Origin: a bacterium
GTDB lineage: Bacteria > Patescibacteriota > Minisyncoccia > Phycocordibacterales > UBA2100
Reading direction: 5' to 3'
DNA length: 64,000 bases
Assembly: GCA_030674455.1 (NCBI GenBank)
Contig: JAUSGQ010000027.1
Location: forward strand, 18,786-82,785
Both the position numbers and the translations under genes were made by a program. The notes under the pieces were generated by a model that saw only the letters and a program-made list of their open reading frames with translations, did no database searches and was not told the DNA's origin. This document shows, piece after piece, positions 1-9,462 of this stretch (the first letter of the stretch is position 1; every line of letters starts with the position of its first letter).

Positions 1-2
1 CC

Positions 3-1295
3 GTGAACGCTACGCAATTTTGGAACACAGACTTTTATTCCGGCGTCGGCCTCATACCCACGTCGCTTTTGTCAGTCGGCATTTTGGGTCTTTTGTCCTG
101 GGGCTTTCTCATATTATATATTCTTTGGTTAATAGTCCGATTTGCGCGTGACCGAAGTCTTCGCACGCCCATAAAGACTGTTACAGGAGTCGTTCTTGCT
201 GGCACTCTCTATCTCTTTGTTTTCAACATCGTGTACGTTCCGGGGGTTTCAATTACAGCATTGTCGTTCGCGCTTATCGGAATCCTGATAGCTCTTTTTG
301 CCGCGGAAAGAAAAGTGGGCATGTGGACATACGCTCTCAACTGGAAAGGAGTTAAATCCGGGTCTTTGGCTACGGCCGTTGTGGCGCTCGCTCTTGTCAT
401 CATATTCGGCTCGGCGGAATCTATTCGAGCGCTCGTGTCCGACACGCAAGTCAACCGCGCTATCGTCGCTTACAGCGCGACCGGCGACTTAGATGCCGCT
501 GCTAAGTATGACGAATACGCACTTTCCGTTTTTGCCGATAACGATCGGGCGCATCGCACGGGCGTGGAAATAGGGCTTCTGCAGCTCAAAGAAATGCTCG
601 CGCAGGGGGATACCTCCGATGAAATGCGCACGCGCCTGCAAAATACGCTCCAAGCCACCCTCAAACACGGAATTGCCGCAGTATCGGCGGACAGCGGCAA
701 CTACAGAAACTGGCTTTCTCTGGCGCAGCTTTACAGCGAGCTCTCGGCCGGAGGAATTCAAGGCGCCGATAAAAATGCGAAAGATGCTTACGAGCGCGCC
801 CGAATAGAGAATCCGACAAGTCCTCTGCCGCTCTTGGGTTTGGCGCAGATTGATTTGGCGGCCTCCGACAACAAAGCCGCGCTTGAACACCTCAACTCTG
901 CTCTAGCAATAAAGTCCGATTTGACGCAAGCGCGTTTGCTCCTTTCCCAGTTGAGCGCGAGAACGAATGACCTGGCTAAAGCCGAAGAAGAAGCTCTTAA
1001 TGTCGTGCGCTTGGCGCCTGAAGACCCGCTTGCCTGGTACAACCTCGGGCTCGTTCTCTATACGCGCAAAGAGTACGATAACGCCGCTCTGGCGCTTGAG
1101 CGCGCGGTCCAGATCCAGAAAGATTACGCGAACGCGCTTTTTACTTTGGGTCTAACATACTATCAGCTTAATCGCCCGAATGATGCCATCGCTATGTTCG
1201 AAAAAGTAGCGGAACTGAACCCGAATGACCCAACGCCGCAAACTGCCATTACAAACGTTAAAGCAGGTAAAAACCCGCTTCAGAAAGACAGTTAA
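3..1295 (+). CDS. Membrane protein with C-terminal TPR repeats (5' truncated by window edge)
   Basis: Several N-terminal TM helices, then TPR motifs (AWYNLGLVLY, ALFTLGLTYY, AIAMFEKVAELNP). Confidence 0.8.
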   Translation: MNATQFWNTDFYSGVGLIPTSLLSVGILGLLSWGFLILYILWLIVRFARDRSLRTPIKTVTGVVLAGTLYLFVFNIVYVPGVSITALSFALIGILIALFAAERKVGMWTYALNWKGVKSGSLATAVVALALVIIFGSAESIRALVSDTQVNRAIVAYSATGDLDAAAKYDEYALSVFADNDRAHRTGVEIGLLQLKEMLAQGDTSDEMRTRLQNTLQATLKHGIAAVSADSGNYRNWLSLAQLYSELSAGGIQGADKNAKDAYERARIENPTSPLPLLGLAQIDLAASDNKAALEHLNSALAIKSDLTQARLLLSQLSARTNDLAKAEEEALNVVRLAPEDPLAWYNLGLVLYTRKEYDNAALALERAVQIQKDYANALFTLGLTYYQLNRPNDAIAMFEKVAELNPNDPTPQTAITNVKAGKNPLQKDS

Positions 1296-1304
1296 AGAGC
1301 GATT

Positions 1305-3005
1305 ATGATGAGGCGGGCGCTTCAATTTTTTTCCGGCGAGGTGCACGGAATTCACTCGGCAGTATACGTGCTTGCGGTATTCGCACTTTTGTCCTCGCTT
1401 CTCGCGCTTTTGCGCGACAGACTCTTGGCACATTCCTTCGGCGCTGGAGTCGAACTCGACATCTACTATGCGGCTTTCAGAATCCCCGACTTCCTATTTG
1501 TGGCGCTGGGAGCCCTCGTTTCTGTTTATGTCATTATCCCCGAACTGGCACATCGCGACGACGAGAGCCAAAAGAACTACATCGATACGATTTTTTTGGG
1601 TTTTTCTATTCTTGCCGTTTTCGCCGGCGGCATTGCCGCCTTTTTTTCGCCCGCGATACTCACTGCTCTCTTTCCGCACTTTGTAGAAGCCGGGCACCTT
1701 CCCACGCTCACTTCGCTCACGCGCATTATGCTGCTCCAACCTGTTTTGCTGGGCCTCTCAAACATATTCGCAGCCATTACACAGACCAAAAATAGGTACA
1801 TACTCTATGCATCGTCGCCCTTATTTTATAACTTGGGTATCATTCTCGGTATCGTTGTCTTATACCCGATGTGGGGCCTTTCGGGATTGGCTTGGGGAGT
1901 GGTCGTTGGAGCATTGCTCCACGCCGGTATCCAAGTTCCCTCGATCCTGCGTGACGGTTTCTTTAGAAGACTGCCGCGTTTTAAAGAAGCAAGCGATTTG
2001 TTGAGGACAGCCGCCATTTCCATTCCGCGCGCATTAGCTCTTTCCATGAACCAAATTACGATTATCGGTCTTACGGCTATGGCCGGTATCTTAGCCGTCG
2101 GTTCGATTTCCGTGTTTATGTTCTCATTCAACTTATACAGCGTTCCGCTCGCTGTAATCGGTGCCTCATATTCGGTCGCGGCGTTTCCATCGCTCGCGCG
2201 CTCTCTATCGCAAGGGAGGCAGGGAGAATTCATAGAAAACATCGCCACTGCTGCGCGGCATGTTCTGTTTTGGTCGCTGCCTGCCACGGCGCTTATTATT
2301 GTTTTGCGGGCTCACATCGTCCGCGTGGTTCTGGGAAGCGGAGCATTCGACTGGACGGATACGAGGCTTACGGCCGCATCGTTTGCCCTCTTGTCTCTTT
2401 CGCTAGCTTGCCAGGGTTTGATTCTTCTTCTTGTGCGCGGATATTATGCCGCCGGCCGGACATTCATTCCTCTATTTGTGTCTTCAACAATTGCGTTCGT
2501 AACGATCGGATTAAGCGCGCTTCTCGTTCAGATCTTTAAGGGGGACTCCGCACTCTCCTTCCTGCAATCGCTTATGCGTCTTCAGGATGTTTCGGGAAGT
2601 GAGATGCTGGCTCTCGCAATAGCATATGCGTCATCAGTATTATTTGGAGCAATAATTCTTATTGCCTTTTTTGAGCGCAGATTTGCCGGTTTCTTTACAC
2701 TCATTAGTCGATCGCTTGCGCAAAGCATAGTGGCGTCGTTTGCCGGCGGTGTTGCCGCCTACGGAATGCTTTCTCTCACAAGCCCTCTCACACTCACCTC
2801 GACGCTCGCTTCGGTTTTTGTTAAGGGATTTGCGGGAGGCCTCACGGGAATCACAATATCAGCTCTCGTGTATGCGCTCCTCGGGAATCGAGAGTTTATC
2901 GAGACCGTCGCGGAGGTTCGGGGTCGTCTGTGGCGCGGCTCAATCAAAGTTGAGGGCGGAGCATCCATTGTCTCGTCTGCAGAAGAAACTGCGGAACTGA
3001 AGTAG
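1305..3005 (+). CDS. murJ: Lipid II flippase MurJ/MviN
   Basis: LLALLRDRLLAHSFGAG..DIYYAAFRIPD N-terminal MviN signature; ~14 TM segments. Confidence 0.9.
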   Translation: MMRRALQFFSGEVHGIHSAVYVLAVFALLSSLLALLRDRLLAHSFGAGVELDIYYAAFRIPDFLFVALGALVSVYVIIPELAHRDDESQKNYIDTIFLGFSILAVFAGGIAAFFSPAILTALFPHFVEAGHLPTLTSLTRIMLLQPVLLGLSNIFAAITQTKNRYILYASSPLFYNLGIILGIVVLYPMWGLSGLAWGVVVGALLHAGIQVPSILRDGFFRRLPRFKEASDLLRTAAISIPRALALSMNQITIIGLTAMAGILAVGSISVFMFSFNLYSVPLAVIGASYSVAAFPSLARSLSQGRQGEFIENIATAARHVLFWSLPATALIIVLRAHIVRVVLGSGAFDWTDTRLTAASFALLSLSLACQGLILLLVRGYYAAGRTFIPLFVSSTIAFVTIGLSALLVQIFKGDSALSFLQSLMRLQDVSGSEMLALAIAYASSVLFGAIILIAFFERRFAGFFTLISRSLAQSIVASFAGGVAAYGMLSLTSPLTLTSTLASVFVKGFAGGLTGITISALVYALLGNREFIETVAEVRGRLWRGSIKVEGGASIVSSAEETAELK

Positions 3006-3162
3006 GAGAAAGCAGTCTACAGTCTACAGAAATGCGTTAGGAATTTCCGCTGTAAACTGTAATCGCCTCGCTCATGCAGCCGTCGCTTACTCGGAAAAGG
3101 AAGTGAAACTTCCTTTTCACTCGCTTCGCTAGGCTGTAAACTGTTCACTGTCGACTACCATT

Positions 3163-4947
3163 ATGTCTTCCAATATACGAAATTTCTCGATAATAGCTCA
3201 TATAGATCACGGGAAATCCACCCTGGCTGACCGCATGCTAGAGATGACCGGAACGATAGAAAAAAGGCACATGCAGGAGCAGGTTCTCGACAAAATGGAA
3301 CTGGAACGCGAACGCGGTATAACCATAAAAATGGCCCCTGTTCGGATGGACTATACGCTAAACGCTATTCGCTATACGCTAAACCTGATTGATACTCCAG
3401 GACATGTGGATTTTGCATACGAAGTCTCGCGCGCTCTTTCTGCAGTTGAAGGAGTCATCCTTCTTGTTGATTCGACGCAAGGCGTTGAGGCGCAGACACT
3501 TTCCGTACTCTCTGTTGCGAAGAGTCTCGGTCTCGTAATAATTCCGGTCGTTTCCAAAATTGACTCGCCTAATGCGCGGGTTGACGATATCACAAGCGAA
3601 CTTGCGTTATTGCTTGGATGTTCGGAGTCGGACGTACTGCCAGCGTCCGGAAAGACGGGAGAAGGAGTAGATGAAATACTTAAGGCGGTAGTTGAAAGAA
3701 TTCCACCACCGAAATCCTCGAGTGGTAGCTTACAGGCGCTAGTGTTTGATTTCGGCTATTCCGACCACCGCGGAGTTATCGTCTATGCGCGCATCTTTGG
3801 CGGTCATGTTGCAAAGGGGGACAATCTTCGCCTTGTGGCCGCCCATGCCGATTTTATTGCCCTAGAGGTGGGAGTAATGAAGCCAGGAGAAACTCCTGTA
3901 CAAACTCTTAATGAGGGCGAAATTGGCTATATCGTAACGGGAATTAAAAAGCCCGGCCTCGCCTCTGTCGGCGATACCGTAACAACTGTGCGCACTCCCG
4001 CACCAGCGCTTGCGGGATATCGCTCTCCAGCGCCTGTTATTTGGGCGAGCGTGTACCCGGAAAATCAAGACCACCTGGTGCTTCTTAGGCAATCGCTTGC
4101 GCGTCTGCACCTTTCGGACTCATCACTCTCCTACGAGGAAGAATCCTCCGGCGTGATGGGTAAGGGTTTTCGGTGCGGTTTCTTAGGCATGCTCCACCTT
4201 GAGATAATTATCGAGCGTCTGCGGCGCGAATTCGCACTGAACCTAGTTGTCACTATGCCGACGACCGTTTACGAGGTGACGTATCCCAACGGGAAAGTTG
4301 AGGAAATTTACGCGCCTGCCCGCCTGCCCGACGACGGCACGGCAAAGCGCCTGCGCGAGCAGTGGGCTGAAATTGCAGTCATATCGCCTCCAGAATATCT
4401 AGGACTTATTTCACAGTTGCTGTATGAACACGAAGCCGTGATAGGGGACACAGAAACGTTGCCCGACGGTAAGGCAAAACTTTCATCGCAGATGCCCCTG
4501 CGCGAACTCATGCGCGGTTTCTTCGACAAGCTCAAGAGCGTTTCTTCCGGCTTTGCATCGCTTTCATACGAAATAATCGGATTGAGGGATGCGGACGTTG
4601 TGCGCCTTGATGTACTTGTGGCAGAAGAGGCGGTGCCGGCATTTTCGCGAATTGTCAGCCGCAGGCGCGTGCGCACAGAGGGCGAAGCAATTGTTGAGAA
4701 GCTTGAGAAAATCCTGCCCCGACAGCAATTCGTACTAAAAATACAGGCCAAAGCGATGGGGAATATCATAGCAGCGAGGCGCGTCTCTGCACTCCGAAAA
4801 GATGTGACCGGATACCTCTACGGTGGCGACATTACGCGAAAAATGAAACTGTTGGAGAAACAAAAGAGAGGAAAGAAGAAAATGCTAGCGAGAGGAAAGG
4901 TGGACATCCCCCACGAGGTTTTTTTGAAGGTAATACGCGAATCGTAA
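3163..4947 (+). CDS. lepA: Elongation factor 4 (LepA)
   Basis: IRNFSIIAHIDHGKSTLADR, DTPGHVDF, GFRCGFLGMLH, GGDITRKMKLLEKQK. Confidence 0.97.
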   Translation: MSSNIRNFSIIAHIDHGKSTLADRMLEMTGTIEKRHMQEQVLDKMELERERGITIKMAPVRMDYTLNAIRYTLNLIDTPGHVDFAYEVSRALSAVEGVILLVDSTQGVEAQTLSVLSVAKSLGLVIIPVVSKIDSPNARVDDITSELALLLGCSESDVLPASGKTGEGVDEILKAVVERIPPPKSSSGSLQALVFDFGYSDHRGVIVYARIFGGHVAKGDNLRLVAAHADFIALEVGVMKPGETPVQTLNEGEIGYIVTGIKKPGLASVGDTVTTVRTPAPALAGYRSPAPVIWASVYPENQDHLVLLRQSLARLHLSDSSLSYEEESSGVMGKGFRCGFLGMLHLEIIIERLRREFALNLVVTMPTTVYEVTYPNGKVEEIYAPARLPDDGTAKRLREQWAEIAVISPPEYLGLISQLLYEHEAVIGDTETLPDGKAKLSSQMPLRELMRGFFDKLKSVSSGFASLSYEIIGLRDADVVRLDVLVAEEAVPAFSRIVSRRRVRTEGEAIVEKLEKILPRQQFVLKIQAKAMGNIIAARRVSALRKDVTGYLYGGDITRKMKLLEKQKRGKKKMLARGKVDIPHEVFLKVIRES

Positions 4948-4951
4948 GAGC

Positions 4952-4980
4952 TTGACAATAGCACTAACGTGTGCTATACT
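4952..4980 (+). promoter_or_regulatory. Sigma70-type promoter with an inverted repeat in the spacer
   Basis: TTGACA-17 nt-TATACT; TAGCAC-N6-GTGCTA dyad overlaps spacer and -10. Confidence 0.65.
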
Positions 4981-5048
4981 TATAGAGTCACGAGGCAGGA
5001 AGTTTGCGTTCCTGTCGGGGTGGCGTTGCTCGTTTGAAGGAGACGATC

Positions 5049-5135
5049 ATGAGGCGATTGCTTCTAATTGTCTTTATCGCTGGATTGGTTGCGGTTTTCG
5101 CAAAGCAGCCAGCGAAGAAGATTTCGCGACAGTAA
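5049..5135 (+). CDS. Putative 28-aa hydrophobic peptide MRRLLLIVFIAGLVAVFAKQPAKKISRQ
   Basis: Manually translated; AAGGAG SD upstream; downstream of consensus promoter; one TM helix plus basic tail. Confidence 0.45.
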   Translation: MRRLLLIVFIAGLVAVFAKQPAKKISRQ

Positions 5136-5572
5136 TGTCGTGAGGGATAGTTAGGCAGGTTCGCTCCCAAACTTGAACCTCCACATCAGTTCACATCTAT
5201 AAGATTTCGATTTTATAAATGCGGATTGGCCGGTGACGATTTCGTTGCCGGCTTTCCTTTTTGATATTTTGGTTGACATTTATTCTAAGCAGATTATCGT
5301 GGAGTCTGAAGACGCGGTCTGGCTGACAGACCGCAGAAGTCGAATTCTTGATTCGAACGAGTATCCGGGTTGCGTCGGATACATTTCGAACTCGTGAATT
5401 CGAATGCTTGGGAGGAACCAGATTATGCGCATGCATGATCTTTTTGGCCCTCCCCGGCTTTTTATTCAGTTTGTCTGTTTTTGGGTTTTCCACCTCCTTC
5501 GAGTCAAGGGCTAGTGCTAGTCAGAGCATGACGAGCGCGCATGTTTTCATGCGTTATCGGCTGTTCTTAGAT

Positions 5573-5671
5573 TCAGTACTTGCCTGAAATCATCGCGACC
5601 AATCCCGGTGCAAAGAAAAGCACCATACTGATTATGACGAGAACGGCAACGACGCTCCAAAAATACTTCAT
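5573..5671 (-). CDS. Putative 32-aa hydrophobic peptide MKYFWSVVAVLVIISMVLFFAPGLVAMISGKY
   Basis: Manually translated single-TM ORF below the ORF-track cutoff. Confidence 0.4.
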   Translation of the reverse strand: MKYFWSVVAVLVIISMVLFFAPGLVAMISGKY

Positions 5672-5831
5672 TACTTTTTTAGTATTGCGGTTGAAAAGAA
5701 AGGACATGTTAGAGATTGTTAACGAGTAAAACGAGATTAGAAGCTCTTACACCCAGCATCTTTGTTTCGTTGAGAAACGAAGGTGCTGGGTCAATAAAAT
5801 ATAAATTCGCTGCGCTCATAACATTTTCTAG

Positions 5832-6224
5832 ATGGTAAGATTATACAGTATGACTACGTTTGGGCAACGTCGTGACCCTGTGCGTTTGTTTGGCAAACGC
5901 CTGTTGCTAATTGTACTGTTTTTGATTGTGACCGTCGCAATTTCGGGAGTTTGGAAAGCGTATCGGAAAGAGCAGGAATCGCTGGCATTGCGGAAGGAGG
6001 CGGAAGTTCAGCTGGCAGATTTAACACAGAGGAAGGCACAGTTAGAGGCGGATATCGCAAAACTCAATACGCCGCGAGGTATGGAAGATGCTCTGCGCGA
6101 ACAGTATCTTCTTGCGAAGACAGGAGAGAATCTTATCATTATCGTAGACCCGCCAACGCCCGCTCCGATAGAGGCCACATCTTCAGTGATGAACTGGTTC
6201 CGAACGAAGCTCAAATGGTGGTGA
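5832..6224 (+). CDS. Septum formation initiator (FtsB/DivIC family)
   Basis: TM helix, coiled coil, LNTPRGMEDALREQYLLAKTGE motif. Confidence 0.8.
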   Translation: MVRLYSMTTFGQRRDPVRLFGKRLLLIVLFLIVTVAISGVWKAYRKEQESLALRKEAEVQLADLTQRKAQLEADIAKLNTPRGMEDALREQYLLAKTGENLIIIVDPPTPAPIEATSSVMNWFRTKLKWW

Positions 6225-6267
6225 CACTGCTCGCTTTGGGGTGCTAATTTTGTTAGATTTATTCAGC

Positions 6268-6338
6268 GCGGATATAGTTTAGTGGTAAAACGAGTGCTTC
6301 CCAAGCATTAGATCGGAGTTCGATTCTCCGTATCCGCA
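6268..6338 (+). tRNA. tRNA-Gly(CCC)
   Basis: GCGGATA/TATCCGC acceptor stem; anticodon loop TTCCCAA; TTCGATT T-loop. Confidence 0.93.
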
Positions 6339-6342
6339 CCGA

Positions 6343-6672
6343 TTAAAGATATTTCTTTCCGTACTTTCGCATTGCGTCTAAAACACCGCGCAATGCAGCG
6401 CCCTTTTTTGTCAATGTATATTCAACACGGGGCGACTGCACAAAAAATTCTTTCTTTTGGATGAGCTTTTTGCTCTCTAGAAGCCTTAACTTATTGGAGA
6501 GTGTTCGCGTGCTTATGCCAGAAAGTGAGTCCTGCAAATCACGGAACCTCCTTGGCTTTTCAAGGAGGTCGCGCAGTATGAGAAGCGAACAAGAATCCCC
6601 TAAAAGGTCTGCAACGCGTGCAACGGGGCATGAGTGGCACAATGTTTTCCTTTGTTGGGCTGTCCGGAGCAT
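6343..6672 (-). CDS. HxlR-family winged-helix regulator
   Basis: CPVARVADLLGD..LLILRDL..RRFRDL..ISTRTLSNKL..PRVEYTLT; start taken at MLRTA. Confidence 0.9.
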   Translation of the reverse strand: MLRTAQQRKTLCHSCPVARVADLLGDSCSLLILRDLLEKPRRFRDLQDSLSGISTRTLSNKLRLLESKKLIQKKEFFVQSPRVEYTLTKKGAALRGVLDAMRKYGKKYL

Positions 6673-6674
6673 TA

Positions 6675-6902
6675 TCCCGTTAGAGGCCCGCCTGCCATCG
6701 CCTGAAAGCAACGGTAGCTGCGCCTTTATTAGTTGGTAAGTTTGCAACGTTAACTCCAAACACCGCGTCCGCCGCTCTGGCTTTGGCGGGCAGGCAGGAA
6801 GCAATGCTTCCCGCACATGATTTAGAATTGATAATCGACCTGATTGATTTATTTTCCGAATGTTCCATATATAAGTCCCGTCTTCCGCGGCCTCTAACGG
6901 GA
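6675..6902. mobile_element. MITE-like element with 14-bp TIRs and TTA flanking duplication
   Basis: TCCCGTTAGAGGCC ... GGCCTCTAACGGGA; TTA at 6672-6674 and 6903-6905; related termini inside dus. Confidence 0.65.
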
Positions 6903-6990
6903 TTATCCACAGATTATCATCTCTTCTGGCACTTTACAATGTAAAGCGCCGGTATATACTGTAGTCATTAACAATTTAAATACTAGAAAA

Positions 6991-7620
6991 ATGATCTCTG
7001 AAAACGTCTTGAAGGTTAAAATTATTCTTGGAAGCACTCGCCCTAAGCGCTTCAGTGAACATGCAGGCCGATGGATATTCGAGCAGGCTATGAACATTGA
7101 GGGAATTGAATCCGAAATACTTGATTTGAGGGACTATGAAATGCCTTTTTTTAATGAACCGGTGTCCCCGAGTTCTAAAAACGAAGATTACACGAACGAA
7201 GCTGTAGCGCGATGGACAAAGAAAATCAAGGAGGCAGATGCATTCATAGTAGTTACGCCAGAATATAACTACGGATATTCGGCGGTCTTAAAAAATGCTC
7301 TCGATTACGTCTATCCCGAATGGAACAATAAACCGATTGGATTTGTCGCTTATGGCTCGGTGGGCGGTGCTCGCGCGCTTGAACAATTGCGCTCGGTCTC
7401 AGTGGAGCTTCAAATGGCGCCGATAAGAACCGCGGTACACATCACTGCGCCGTGGGGTCTTGTGGATGAAAAAGGTGGCCTTAAACCAGGCGCGCTTGAA
7501 CCTTATAAGAAAACCGCTGAAGGCATGCTTTCGCAGCTTATTTGGTGGGCGGAGGCGCTCAAAGCGGCGAGGACGCAGACCTTGCGCAAGTATGCGCGGA
7601 CAGAGACCTTAGCAGTGTGA
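6991..7620 (+). CDS. NADPH-dependent FMN reductase
   Basis: ILGSTRPKRFS, VTPEYNYGYSAVLKNALD, GGARA. Confidence 0.92.
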   Translation: MISENVLKVKIILGSTRPKRFSEHAGRWIFEQAMNIEGIESEILDLRDYEMPFFNEPVSPSSKNEDYTNEAVARWTKKIKEADAFIVVTPEYNYGYSAVLKNALDYVYPEWNNKPIGFVAYGSVGGARALEQLRSVSVELQMAPIRTAVHITAPWGLVDEKGGLKPGALEPYKKTAEGMLSQLIWWAEALKAARTQTLRKYARTETLAV

Positions 7621-7664
7621 TATGATTGTAAATAATTATTTAATGGGATAGTAAATATCAAATT

Positions 7665-7907
7665 ATGGCTACGCAATCGAAAGTAACAGTTTACTCGACT
7701 CCCACTTGCCACTTTTGCCACGCGGCAAAGGACTTTTTTACCGCAAACAATATTAAATTCACGGATTACAATGTCGCGACAGACTTGGCGAAAAGGAAAG
7801 AAATGATCGAGAAAAGCGGTCAAATGGGTGTCCCGGTCATCGATGTCGACGGCGAACTTATTGTCGGCTTTGACGAAAACCAGCTCCGCAGTTTGTTGAA
7901 GCTCTAG
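7665..7907 (+). CDS. Glutaredoxin-like (NrdH/YruB) protein
   Basis: YSTPTCHFC, GQMGVPVI, IVGFD. Confidence 0.92.
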   Translation: MATQSKVTVYSTPTCHFCHAAKDFFTANNIKFTDYNVATDLAKRKEMIEKSGQMGVPVIDVDGELIVGFDENQLRSLLKL

Positions 7908-8083
7908 TTTTTTCGGCTTAGGGGCGCGTATGCTACAGTGCATACGCGCCCCTGTAAGTCATATTTGCAGGGCTGTCGCTTGGACGAGGCATGAAAGAGT
8001 TGCCATCTCGCTTCTCTTTTCGCCCTGTTCTTATATGCTTATTCGCGCGAATAAGCATATAAGGAAAATAATGCATAAAATCA

Positions 8084-8159
8084 GCCCCTGTAGTTCAATG
8101 GATTAGAACGTACCCGTCCTAAGGGTTTGATGGAGGTCCGATTCCTCCCGGGGGCACCA
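8084..8159 (+). tRNA. tRNA-Arg(CCT)
   Basis: GCCCCTG/CGGGGGC stem; anticodon loop GTCCTAA; encoded CCA. Confidence 0.9.
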
Positions 8160-8169
8160 GTGTTATAAT

Positions 8170-8490
8170 ATGTCTGTGGAATCTGATAAGGAAAAAGAGA
8201 TGCTTGCGGAAACATATCGCCTGTCCAGGGATAATAACAAAATGCTCCATAGCATGCGTCGTAGCGCGTTTTGGGGCGGGGTATTGAAAGTGATTTTCTG
8301 GCTTGCCATTATCATCGCGCCGATATGGTTTTATTCAGCATATCTGGCTCCCATCGTGCAAAGTTTTCAGAATACTGTGAATCAGGTTCAAGGCACTGGC
8401 GCACAAGCGCAAGTTCAGTTGAACGGCTTCCAGGACATGCTTAAAGAATGGGGGTCTAAGGTTCAATCGGCACTCCCGTTGGGTCAGTGA
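8170..8490 (+). CDS. Hypothetical single-TM protein
   Basis: ORF with LSRDNNKMLHSMRR followed by a TM helix. Confidence 0.7.
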   Translation: MSVESDKEKEMLAETYRLSRDNNKMLHSMRRSAFWGGVLKVIFWLAIIIAPIWFYSAYLAPIVQSFQNTVNQVQGTGAQAQVQLNGFQDMLKEWGSKVQSALPLGQ

Positions 8491-8524
8491 AAGAATCAAT
8501 CTCTTGTGGTATTGTGATGTCCTT

Positions 8525-8598
8525 GCCCAGATAGCTCAGGTAGTTAGAGCATTCCCCTGAAGAGGGAAGGGTGGTCAGTGCAAGTCTGACTCTGGGCA
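8525..8598 (+). tRNA. tRNA-Phe(GAA)
   Basis: GCCCAGA/TCTGGGC stem; TTCCC-CTGAAGA-GGGAA anticodon arm. Confidence 0.92.
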
Positions 8599-8600
8599 CA

Positions 8601-8799
8601 AATAGTATTTTTTGCATTTTGTGCCCAGAAGAGCTGTGCCTGCGCACAGCTCGCGTCGGACTTGCAAACCGGAGCTATGTCGCGGAGCGACGGCGAGGTG
8701 TGGCCGTCTACAGGTGCCTATCATTACTGCGATAGGCACAGGAGCCACTTAGCGCGCAGCGCTTAGTGAGCTGACACCAAGTCTGACTCTGGGCACAAA
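8601..8799 (+). mobile_element. Structured tRNA-3'-end-associated element A
   Basis: Split antisense copy of tRNA-Phe 3' end (8620-8629, 8655-8666); hairpin scaffold; direct copy CAAGTCTGACTCTGGGCACAAA at 8778-8799; homologous to 18303-18506. Confidence 0.7.
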
Positions 8800-8800
8800 A

Positions 8801-9376
8801 TTAAAACCCAAGCGTGTATGTAAGGGCGCTCCCGCTTCCATTGAGCCATTTGGAGGTGTCCAATTTTATTTCGCGAATTTTACCAAGCTCGCGGTACTTC
8901 ACGTGACCGTTGGTTAAAGCGTAATCAAATATTCCCCGCGTTATTTCTACATCCCTCATGCAGTACTTTCGTACTTTATCTACTTCCCCGGCCCGCCACC
9001 ATTTGAGCGATTGAGCGCCGTCGCTGGACTTCTTTTTTCCAAGAGTTCCATCTGCTACCGCATCCAGCCGCAATCGCCGCCCCAATACATCATGGATTTC
9101 TTTCATAAGGTCTAAACTTCGGATACGGGTTAAATCTCCCGGATAGTATTTGTTGAGAAGCGGAATATCAAAATGGTCAGAGTTGTAGCCGACAAGCAAA
9201 TCGGTGCGCTCAAGTATCTTCCATAGTTGCGGCAATCCCGGTTCAAGAAAACTCTTGTATTCGCCAGTTTCTGAATCGTGAATGCATACAAGAGCGATGG
9301 TGAGATCAGAGGGGTCTGAAGTTCCCGTGTCCGACATCCAATTCGCGGTTTCTATATCAAAGGTAATAATTCTCAT
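8801..9376 (-). CDS. DEDD/RNase H-like 3'-5' exonuclease domain protein
   Basis: FDIET, LVGYNSDHFDIP, YCMRDV. Confidence 0.85.
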   Translation of the reverse strand: MRIITFDIETANWMSDTGTSDPSDLTIALVCIHDSETGEYKSFLEPGLPQLWKILERTDLLVGYNSDHFDIPLLNKYYPGDLTRIRSLDLMKEIHDVLGRRLRLDAVADGTLGKKKSSDGAQSLKWWRAGEVDKVRKYCMRDVEITRGIFDYALTNGHVKYRELGKIREIKLDTSKWLNGSGSALTYTLGF

Positions 9377-9377
9377 A

Positions 9378-9456
9378 GCGTCTAGCTTATAGCGTACAGC
9401 GATTAGGGAATCAATAGGAGGTATTCTATACGCTTAACGCTATACGCTAATCGCTA
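9378..9456. repeat. Degenerate heptamer repeat array (TAGCGTA-like) in inverted arrangement
   Basis: tagcgtc tagctta tagcgta cagcgat ... tacgctt aacgcta tacgcta atcgcta. Confidence 0.6.
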
Positions 9457-9462
9457 CTCTGG

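Noticed and set aside
4959-4976. CIRCE element
   Set aside because: Arms and spacing do not fit TTAGCACTC-N9-GAGTGCTAA, and no chaperone gene follows.
5197-5550. TGA readthrough or code 25 in MKTCALVML*LALALDSKE..
   Set aside because: Many genes here end in TGA and no conserved gene has internal TGA. The ORF has no recognisable family, so at most it is a pseudogene.
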